NCBI GenBank assembly: GCA_900088475.1 | Contig: FLMG01002824.1 | Span: forward strand, 1 to 62,203 | DNA length: 62,203 nucleotides | From: Hyphochytrium catenoides | Taxonomy: Eukaryota; Protista; Hyphochytriomycota | Direction: 5' to 3' | Shown here: positions 24,915 through 34,808 of the stretch, piece by piece | How positions within the stretch are numbered: the first letter of the stretch is position 1 | Layout of the letters: every line of letters starts with the position of its first letter | Made by a program: the position numbers and the translations under genes | Notes under the pieces: model-generated | Databases searched by the model: none | Seen by the model: the letters and a program-made list of their open reading frames with translations, nothing else | Told to the model about the DNA's origin: nothing

Positions 24915-26188
24915 AGAGAGATCCCCTAACACAAAAATAGGGCCCCAAAACTCTGCAAAAGTGAAAAGCCACCTTCTGCCAGCTTACACTGTAAGCATGA
25001 CGACCCCCGCCCACAAGGAAGTCAACTGTCAGCTTGATATTGTACGTTCAACAGTTCATGGACGCCATGAACAATACACATGCAGAAGCATCCGATCATG
25101 ACAAACGGAACGAACTCATCAGCAAATCCAAAGTCATATCGACTCCGGACACTCTCGTCCCACAGACGAAGTCCAGGACGATGAGCTTCGAAACATATTG
25201 CTCCAAACTCATTGAAAGGTAGTGTGTCCAGCATATACAAAGGCTTACAACGCCTCAATGTAATGCTGGCAACCCACAAGTTCCGTACGGACAGCCCGAG
25301 GATTGGAAAAAGTCCATCAAACGAGCCGTATCTTTGACCAAGGCATACATGCTGTTGAACAGTTACAAAGCACGAAACTACTTCCTTTGGCATTGTAGCA
25401 TGGAATTGACCAAGCAGTCTTCTCCATTCGCTGTTCACGCTTAGTGATTTGTCCGGGTCAGTTCGGAGCGTACACAAATAAGCTCCAGACAGTGGAAGTG
25501 ACCAACTCCGACTCCTACCACTCCAACGGAGACGGGAAGAGCGAGCAAACAGTACTTCTGCCAAGAAGCACAAAGGACACCAACACTCCAGCGCTCAGAA
25601 GTCCAATGGCCTCACCTTTGCAGAGGGAACGAAAGAACAACAACAACAGTACTGGTTGACTCCACAAAGGAACCACCAACTGTGCAGTCTTCTCCATTCG
25701 TATTTTCCGTGATTTGTCCGGGTCAGTGAGTCCGGCGTCCTTATCAAGGCTCAAACTGTTCAACAGCATGTATGCTTTAGTCAAAGATACGGCTCGTTTG
25801 ATGGACTTTTTCTATTCCTCGGGGCTGTCCGTACGGAACTTGTGGGTTGCCAACATTACATTGAGGCGTTCTAAGCCTTTGTCTATATGCTGGACATACC
25901 AGTCAATGAGCTTTGAGCAGTATGTCTCGAAGTTCATGGTCCTGCTGGACTTCGCTGTGGGACGAGGGTGTCGGGGTCGATATGACTTTGGATTTTGCTG
26001 GTCAGCTCATTCCGTTTGTCATGATCAGATGCTTCTGCATGGGTATTGTTCATGGCGTCCATGAATTGTTGGACGTAGAGTAGTATTGAGCTGACTTCCT
26101 GGTCGTCATGCTTACAGTGTAAGCTGGCAGAAGGTGGCTTTTCACTTTTGTAGAGTTTTGGCGCCCTATTGTGTTAGGGGACCTCTCT
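24915..26188. repeat. Long inverted repeat (arms 24915-25364 and 25754-26188, spacer about 390 bp)
   Basis: Arms are reverse complements throughout, e.g. AAAAGTGAAAAGCCACCTTCTGCCAGCTTACACTGTAAGCATGACGACC (24957) versus its reverse complement at 26101-26149, and GCAACCCACAAGTTCCGTACGGACAGCCC (25269) versus 25822-25850, with scattered substitutions and small indels. Confidence 0.95.
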
Positions 26189-26780
26189 TATATGGTTGTG
26201 AGTAGCTTGTTTTGGACCCTACCAAGCTATGTAGCCTGGCAGCGTGGTGTAGGAGTTTTTCATCCTGTGCCTTTATCAGCTTGAGCATCTCATTAATCAG
26301 CAAATTTTTCGTTGCTGTAGTGTAGATGCTGTTCGACTGTCATGGTGGTGGTGGGAGTTCTCTCTACGTCTTGTGGTTGTAGAGGACTCTGTTCCCTCTC
26401 CTTAATCAGGCACAGCCTGTTGGAGGGGTTATTGGTCAATTTCATTTTTTAGGCTTTCCGCTTCCTCTGAATTTTCACTCATCGGAGTTGCGGTGTCTTC
26501 TTCTGGTGCTGGTGTGGGCAGCAGCGGTGATGGTAATGGGGCGGCGTCGGTTTCGGATTGTTGTTCCTTCTTCTCCGTGTGCTGCGTGGGTTGGCAGCAG
26601 TCATAGTATAGTAGCTTAACTGGATGGATGATTGTATCTATCATGATCTTCTCTTAGTAGCCTTCTACGGGTTGCCTGTATTCGGCGAATGCACCATGAT
26701 GATGTAAGGTCGTCCTAGCAAGGCGAGATCGAGGACGGGAGCTCGGGAATGCCTAGCCGCGCCAGAATGATGATGATATT
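24915..26780. mobile_element. Decayed gag-like LTR-retrotransposon remnants (+ copy about 24915-25700, - copy about 26780-25754)
   Basis: Frameshifted reading frames. YFC..KHKGHQHSSAQ near 25553-25600 resembles the C-x2-H-x4-H knuckle of Ty3/gypsy Gag. The - copy is preceded by a Pro/Glu-rich ORF (26429-26644) and a PBS-like CA-TTC-TGGCGCGGCTAGG at about 26770-26752. Confidence 0.4.
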
Positions 26781-27127
26781 GATCATTATTAGCGCGCCGC
26801 CGCCGCCCCAAGCCACTCGATGACCTGTGTCAATCACCCCGTTGCTCCAGGGGGAGGTCTAGGCTACTTCTGCTGTACTTGTTACGATGTTACGATCACT
26901 TGAGCTTGGTTACAAGTGCGAGTGGAAATCAACATGAGTATACCCTCCAAATTCAGCTCTAAATGAATGAGATACTTTATTGGTTAAGCTGCTGTGGGTC
27001 TGGTGGAGATATGCTCCATATCATCATAGAAGTCCGGGAAGTCCACTTGTACGTCCGACGGTGTAAACCCTAGTATCGCTTCGCCCAAAGCCTCACCTGG
27101 TCCTTAGCCGACACCCATACCACTGAT

Positions 27128-30100
27128 ATGGAAAGCCGTGGGTATTGTCCCCCAAAAACTCCGGATTATTCGCCGCCCAGCCCTGAAGACAGCCTTTCCA
27201 AGAATCACAAAGGTTATTTTGGCGCTGTTGAGGTTCATCCTGCACCGCTTCTGCAGCCCTGTCGGAAATGAAGATTAGATCCGCAATAATCTCCAGACAG
27301 AATTCTCTTCAAGACGCTTCCCATCAGGCGGCTTGGCCATCCTTGATACGCTCTATTCTGGCTGTGACAAGGCAAAAATTGCTCTTTATCATTGGAGGAA
27401 GGCTTGGTGTCACAACAAGCCTTGGTCAGGAGGATACGTAGAGGAGAGAGCTTGTGGAATCCGAACTCCAAACTTGCCATTTGTTGGTTGACCCTGTACG
27501 GGTTTATATGCAACTTCATACAGTAGTCCGTCCTGTACCTTTATGACGGAGAACCTCTTCTTCCACTGGTGTAAGATGAGGGGCATCAATATATGCTAAA
27601 CATGGCGGCAATTCCTTCTTCCTCTTCTTCTTCATCCTCTAGACGAGGGCAAAATGTGACCGTCAACATAGGAGACGGCCCTGAGAATCTTATGGGACAC
27701 CGTAGAAGCAGCCGCTCTGGTACTGCAGCGGACAGAGCCAATCATGTGGCATCCCGCGGTAAGTGCGATAGTGGCCTCTGTTCCTTCGTTTCTTGTTAAG
27801 AAGCAAAGCCCCGCGCTTACTTGGCCGTGCGCTAGGTTATCCCCATTATAGCGCCTTCACCCAGAGCTATATGGAGCCAGGAGTGCTTGAAAAGTACTAT
27901 ACGAGGTATCGTACGTCTAGTCTCTATGCAGCATGTGTTGGGGGAACTGCCTTCTCTAGTCATCAGCGCAGGCGTCGGCCTATTGGCTTTGCTTGGGCCT
28001 TCCAGGGCCTGCTTCTATCGATGCAGCATATATTGCTCCCAGTCTCTTTCCAAGCCGATTGTCTATTTGCACTCCACTTACGTCACATTCCCGCCAGTAG
28101 GCTTTCATGGGAATACTTTCGTTCCTCTTCTTATCCTGCTCCATCAACCATCTGCTAACCTTTCTTGGTGCATTGCTTTTTCTAACCTCCCTTTCTCTGG
28201 ATCCTATTTGTCTAGCCGGCACATTAAGCACGAAGGGTATTTGAGCCTCAGAGTCTCCGCTAGTCCTGAAGAATGGCGCCAGCTGTGGTTTATTCTCCAC
28301 GAAGGGGTGCTGTACAGCTTTCCGTCCAGGGAACAGGCAGAAAGCTTGAAGCATGAGACAACGAGAATGGAAGAGAGGGCAGAAGACAAGATTAGACTAG
28401 AGACCGTGACAGCTGTTGTGACAGCTGTAAGTAGATTGGCATCTCCTTTTCCCTCCTGACGACTACCAAGCACTACCTTACTCCTTCTTCTGGCCTTCCG
28501 CTCCTTTTGCCTGATGTTGGTCCCCTGCTGCGAATATGTCTATCTTACCCACGCCTCTCCATCCTCTCTTATTCTTAGTCCAACTACGGAGACTGCACGT
28601 TCCTGATAGACACAAAAGACAAAGAGTACTTCTTCAGAGCGGAGACGAAGGAACTCGTACGGTCTCATCTTTGCATCCCTTAATCTCTTCGTAATCCTCC
28701 ATTCTCTTTCCCTAGATTGTTCAGTCTTGTCACGAGGTTCTTGGTGTCAGCCATTGCGAACTTTCCCTTGTCTTCGAGATCAATGGTCTTATGCCTAGGT
28801 TCAGGTGGCTCTCCTGACGTCTAACATCATGCATTACAGATGCATAACTGGAAGTTTGCCTTTCATGCCTCAGTTAGGGTTGTTGCGGATTTGATGCGTC
28901 TGAAGGTAGGATTGGCTCACTCTACACTCATGTTGTTACCGTTGTGTGGCTGCATCAGAAGCCCCCTTCCTTTCAGCATCACTTTTGCTTTGTTGAAGTC
29001 ACCAGTACACAGCCATGCGCTCATATTCTCTTTTTTAGGAAAACGCGAGAGACTATGTCCCTTTCCCACGAAAGGTTGGTTACTGCCCTTTCTCACACAG
29101 TTCTCTCTCTGTATCTCTGTCGGGTTGTTATCGCCTTCACATGCCTTACATTTGAGAAATCTGTGACGCCACACTGTTCTCTATTATTTCAGAAAGTGAT
29201 TGATCTCTCTTTTCAATCAACTCCAGCATCATGTTCGCTCTACTCGTGCCGCCGTGTCGTTGGGCCAGTTATTTCGACCCAGTTCTCCAGAGCTTGAGGG
29301 TAACTACAGGGCCTCCGTTGACTCCCTGGCCCAGTACGGAAGACAATTTAGCTTAGACGGAAGAGGTAGAGCAGGGTCAGGAGGGAGAGCCGACCAGTCT
29401 CCAGGGACCTACACTGGTGGCCGAAGCAATAGTATAGAGGTTACCAACTATGAGCATCTCCTGACGCTCTCCCAGTTACACTTTGCTCAAGCAAACAACT
29501 ATGACCGGTGCTCGCCACGGCTTGGCTTTGAGGGCGAGAGAGAGAGTGACAGGGGCAGTCCTGGCCGTTCACCGCAGTTCGGTTTTGATGAAGAGTTTCT
29601 GAGAGACGAACAGCAATCAAGCGAGAAAGAGAAAGAGAAGCGGCCGGTTGTCCATAGTTCCAATCGATTCGACCTTGACGTGGATGTGTCGGAGGGTAAC
29701 GATGAGTTTGGGGTTACTTCACTTAAAGGTAACAGAGAGAAGATGGAAGACGTACACAGCTGCATTCCCAACCTTAGAGCACTGGGAGACTTCGCGTTTC
29801 CGACGGACGGACGGTGCGCCTTTTATGCTATTTATGACGGACACTGCGGAAGAGGGGTAAGGACTGTGGACTTTCTAGCTTACCCATCATAATCCGTAGT
29901 TGTTCCTCTGTTCTTTCGACTTTATCTTTGTTTGCTACATAAAACCTCCGGCTCTTTACTTTTCGTCGAACGTCACAGTGCTCTTGGGATGGGTCAGTAA
30001 CCGTAGCCAACTATAAATACTTCGAAGCAGAGTACTGCTCACTAACTCTGGTCTCATCTAGGCGGCGTTGTTTTCGGAAGAAAAATTGCCTTGGTATACT

Positions 30101-31740
30101 CTACAGCATGCGGCGTTCAAGGATAACCCTCAGGAAGCTGTATCCCATAGCGTGCAGTTGATAGACAAGGAATATTGCCAGTTAGCAGGCGAACAGGTCT
30201 TACTACTCTTCAACACGACAACCCGCGTTCCTTCAGAGCTTTTTTTTATTGCATTGTCATCTGGTTATCTAACCCCTTTCTAAACCTTTCCTTTTGAATG
30301 CTTGGGTGCTCCCTGCCAAATTCTTCAGCATTCTCCCACTCACCCGCAATCTTCCAGGACTTGTACGATGGTACAACTGCGGTAGTAGCGCTCAGATTGG
30401 GCAATGAACTTCTTTTCGCCAATGTGGGAGACAGTGCTGCTTACATAAGTGAGCACGGCAGGGCGGTGCCCATGACCAGCGCACAGACGGTGATAATGTT
30501 TCGAAAATCTCAGTACCCGCCGCCTTTTCTTACCTCTTTATTGTTATCAATTTTTATCCATTTTTTAGCCTGGTCGAGATGATGAGAGAAGACGTATCGA
30601 AGGAGCAGGGGGATGGGTGACAGAGGAGAAAGAGCTACAGATGGCTCGATTGCACTCGATGGACTTATCAGACCCTTTAATACGAGAGACAGCAGAGCAG
30701 GTGGTTCGTTGGGTTACAATTTACAGAGTGAATGGAGAGTTAGCAGTTAGTAGAGCCATTGGAGACCCAGACTATAAAGGTAAGTCTTCAAAAGAAAGAT
30801 GGCTCACCAAAGGGTGGTCGTGTGGTCTCTCGCCTCCGACCGGTGCCCCTATGGCGACACTGGAGCGATGGTCTGGACTGCTGTACAATCTGTATCCTCT
30901 GTATAGTCTTCAGGGTATAGACATGTTCAAATTGAGGTATTGACTCCTGCTATGCTCGCTGTAGGCCAGGGCCTCACGAAGTACTTGTGGCATTTTCCCC
31001 AAAACCACAGTGGAGCCTTTTTCACGGACCTTGTCATCCCAGACCCGGAATTCCAGGTAGCTAAGGCAGTTGTTCTCCTGATTACCATGCCCTCCTGGAC
31101 TCACACTCAATGCCGTCGCCTCTCAGAGACATTCTTGGCTGTCTTGACCTCCATAATGGCGCTTTGTATTACTTTTTCGCTAATGTTCGTTTTAGAACAG
31201 AAGCTGTTCCTCTCCCTCGATCTCCTATTGCTAACCGCATGTGTCCTGCAACTGCCCCTTTCCAATTTGGTACCTTCAATGCTATAAGACCCATACCATT
31301 GGCCCTGGGACTCGTTTCATGGTGATAGCCTGTGATGGTCTGTGGGACGTTATGAGCGGACAAGAAGTGATCAATTTTGTCACAGAGCAGCTGGACGCTA
31401 ACGTCCTCTCTGTCAAGGTACGGATAACCGGTGCGCGACATTTTAGAAACAGAGAGAAGGCGGAGTTTTCTTGTCAAGACGTTTATCGGGATAGTAGAGA
31501 TCTAGAAGTCCTCTCAGGCGGGCCAATGTCTCGGAAACTACGTGGTAGCCCGTAGCTTAGGGCTCGATCACTATGTAACCCAGCTATCGCCTGCTTCCCT
31601 TGTCCGTGTAGGAGGTGAGTCAGGAGCTCGCTAACTTGGCTGTCCGTCGAGGGTCTTCGGACAATGTGTCAGTCATCATTGTCAGGTTCGATGTATCTGC
31701 TGATTCAACGTATAAGCCTCCGTCCCACCAGCAGCTGTAA
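27128..31740 (+). CDS. PH-domain-containing protein phosphatase 2C (PPM family), multi-exon
   Basis: PH domain: IKHEGYL..WRQLWFILHEGVLYSF..FLIDTKDKEYFFRAETKELMHNWKFAF (28220-28865). PP2C motifs: GNREKMED, YAIYDGHCG, DGTTAVV, ANVGDSAA, RVNGELAVSRAIGD, IACDGLWDVMS, GSSDNVSVIIV. Stop TAA at 31738-31740. The start at 27128 (MESRGYCPPKTPDYSPPSP) is inferred. Confidence 0.9.
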
Positions 31741-32074
31741 GGAAGTAACTTATCAGATCTTGACTCGCTCCATTTGTGGGAGTCTCACCGTATAGCAGTG
31801 AGCCTTCCTAACGCATGTATCGCGTCAGGAGGCATCGGATCTTTCTGCTTCATTTGTATTCTTTGTTTTGGAAATTATCTACGTTCGTCACCTCGCCCTT
31901 AGCAACAGAAGCATCCTGGCAGCAAAGCAGCCACTATGCCAGGCTCTTAAGAGGAAAGTCTTCCCCATCCTTCTCTCTCTCCCTCGCATTTTCTTAAGTA
32001 AAGAACAAAATCTGCCAGAAGGATAGTTGGCCTCGCTTTTTGAAAGTTAGTCTAGGTTCGCCAAAGCTCTGCTA

Positions 32075-33404
32075 CTAGAGGTCTTTATCCTGTGGGGGAA
32101 CGACCTTTGTTAACCAGTCTTCCAAATCGCTGAGCTCTTCTATGCTAGCGGAGTGCCCCATGCCAGGATATTTCTTCATCTCCACATCTGTCCCTAACTC
32201 CTTTAATTTTTCAGCAGCAGCCGCGCCTAAAAGAGGTAAAGACAAGCCAAAAGCAGGGAGTTAAAAGAGTCCCAAACTATGAGTTCTGCACAAAGGTGTA
32301 TGTTCTCTCATGATCACTCTGCTTTGAAGCTCTTCCTTCCTTACCGAGTGAGAAGATAACTTTGTCGTCGGCAGTGCCATGAGCTATGAGGATCTTGGCA
32401 TTCTTGTTGGGCTGACAAAGACAAGGGAGGGAGGTGGCGTCAGTGGACTGTAAGCAACACAGAGTGCCAATTGAGATGGCCAATGAGGGGAAACAGAGAG
32501 AGAGGGGTACCTCTGCCACCATTGAGTCAATCTCTTTCTTCAGCTGCAGCCAGCCACTAAATGATACTATTCCTCCAAGCTTCCGCGGGTATGTCAAACC
32601 AGCAATCAAGGAAACAGCTGCTCCCTGTAGTGGTGGCAATATTTTGAAGGAGAGGTTAGCAACTCTCGACAACGAAGCGAGGTGAACAGAGGGAAGAGGC
32701 ACGACATTTCCCTGTTAGGGACCACAGGGTAAGTGGATGGACAGGTGCAAGGGATATGGAAAAGAGTCCAAGGCTGTTGAAGGAGCTTCAGGCTACCTGG
32801 CTGAATCCTCCCACGATAATTCTGTCTGAAGGGATGCCTTTCTTCTCCTGAGAGAGTAAGGAACAAGTCAGGAGCCGCGCGTGCGCAAAAACCGAGACCA
32901 AAAGAAAGTGCATTGATAACATTCATTGCCCAACCTCCTCCTCCGCGAGCTTATGGACTGTTTTTGCTGAAGCCAACACACCCTGCCGATCATCGGGGGT
33001 CTTCTCCGTCAGAGGGATATCTCTGACGTCAAACCATCCAGGCATGACATAACCTACACACGCAAACATCCATATAAGCTCTTCACTTATAGGCTAAGCG
33101 CAGAACACAGAGAGATAGAGGAGTTTGCTGCAGCTCGGAGCTGGGTAAGGAGATATATGGTCAACAAGGAGACGCTGGGGAGGTACCATTGTTGACTGTG
33201 ATAGGGATCATCGGTGCATTGGGAAAGATCCAGCGGATATGGGGTAACCGTGGCCCAAGCTCCTGTTCTAGAAAGGACCACCCAGCCGAGGTGTCTCCCA
33301 ATCCATGCAGCCAAATCTGCAAAACATCACATCAGCCCCGACATCATGGACGGCACTACATGGGCCTTACTTACCACAGACGCTGTCTTTACAACGCGCG
33401 CCAT
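32075..33404 (-). CDS. Acyl-protein thioesterase / lysophospholipase (Abhydrolase_2), 7 exons
   Basis: Spliced product: MARVVKTASV|IWLHGLGDT..IRWIFPNAP..NNG|YVMPGWFD..|..GIPSDRIIVGGFSQ|GAAVSL..|..AHGTADDKV..|..YPGMGHS..QDKDL*. The catalytic Ser (GFSQG), Asp and His are present and all introns are GT-AG. Confidence 0.93.
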
Positions 33405-34125
33405 GATGGTTGGTATATGGGTGACTATAAATATGCTTTTTACTTAGCCACTACAGACTCCTCCAGAGCCTCAGTACAAATAGCTTACTGACAGAGGGAC
33501 GGACCTTTTTAATCAAAGAGCCACGTAGTTAATGGCTGAGCTCCGGAAGATAGAGCTGAAAGTTGATGGATCTGCTGGAGATTGAGACTGATCTGCCGAT
33601 GATGATGAAGCGTCGAGATGACCAAGCTTGCCAAGACTAATCACCGAAATCAGTCTTCCAGACCAAAGTTGGGTTGCCAGACTGATTATCAAAGACGGTA
33701 GTTCTCTAATTTGATACCTTTAGCGGTCACATGCGGAATAAGTAGTATTATTATTGAGCAGAGTCTCCACTATGTAGATGCTTATCCCGTATCCGCTCTC
33801 CCAGTCAGTAGGTGGGCGCCGCAGACCTCGAAAGCTTGTGCCTTCTGGAGCCTCAAAGGCCCAGTGTTATAATACAGGAAAGCTCCAAATACTGTTATTA
33901 TCAGACAGAGAAAGTGAACTATAAAGGCACATCCTCATCCTTCCAAACCCACTCTACCGTCCCGCGCAGACCCTCAAACTCCAAGCGTTTTTGTCCCGGT
34001 TTTTTGGAGCTTTGAGACGCAATAAAATCTGTTGAGAGAAGACAAACAGAACGCAGATTCACAGTGTTGCCACGGATTGGAAGACGTAGCGGAGCCCTCT
34101 GCTGAAGATATATAAGTTTGGAGCC

Positions 34126-34418
34126 ATGGGAAAGATCCTTACTGCGATGGTGGAGATGGGAAGCACCAAGGGAGTGCTTGCTGGCCTTGCTGGCACCATT
34201 GGACTCTCAAGTGCCCTGTTCTACGCTTCCAGAGTATTTGGATGTAAGTTGCTGAAAGGCTCACGGTAATGACTTGGTTTCTGTGTAGCTAAGACCGTCA
34301 TTTCCTTACTCTAGCCACCTCCAAGTCTAACAACGCTGAGTGGGATGCCTACACTGAGGAGTACCGCAAGTTCCAGAAGATGGATCCAATTAGCTTTCCC
34401 GCCAACAGAGGGAAGTAA
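34126..34418 (+). CDS. Short cytochrome c oxidase subunit IV-like protein, 73 aa (exons 34126-34243 and 34315-34418)
   Basis: A GTAAGT..TAG intron gives MGKILTAMVEMGSTKGVLAGLAGTIGLSSALFYASRVFGSTSKSNNAEWDAYTEEYRKFQKMDPISFPANRGK*: one transmembrane helix followed by the COX4-type C-terminal 'EW..T.EY.K.Q.M(D/N)PI' motif. Absent from the ORF track. Confidence 0.75.
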
Positions 34419-34808
34419 GCTTTGTGCACAGCGTTAGTTTCTTTCACTGAGCCTCTCGTGGCTCAAGAGATTATTGGTTCAACTTGAGAAGCCTCTGGAA
34501 GGAAGAGTTAGAAATGACATGGAACAGCACTGGAGAGAGAATGAGGCAGACTTTGCAGATATCGAGGGAAATGGACTGATTGCAATTATTTACATATCCG
34601 TCTGTCGCCACATCGAGCGCGGAGCTTGACAGGAATGATGGGTTGACATATAATGCGCGTGTAACCTGATGCACAAGCTTCTACCTCTGCCTTTTAATGT
34701 GCACCCTCTACTTCTTCTCCGTTTATGGGTGAGATAGCTTGATCTCTCTGCCTTCATGACGTGCCAGGAGCTCTGTCTTTCTGGCTTCCTCCATCTTCTC
34801 AATGCTTG

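Noticed and set aside
24915-26188. Interpretation of the inverted repeat as a MITE or foldback DNA transposon
   Set aside because: No target-site duplication is seen, the arms are decayed coding sequence, and element-like sequence continues beyond the right arm.
32325-32345. Apparent GA splice donor in the thioesterase gene (GKE|G)
   Set aside because: A canonical G|GTAAGG donor 9 nt upstream gives the correct phase.
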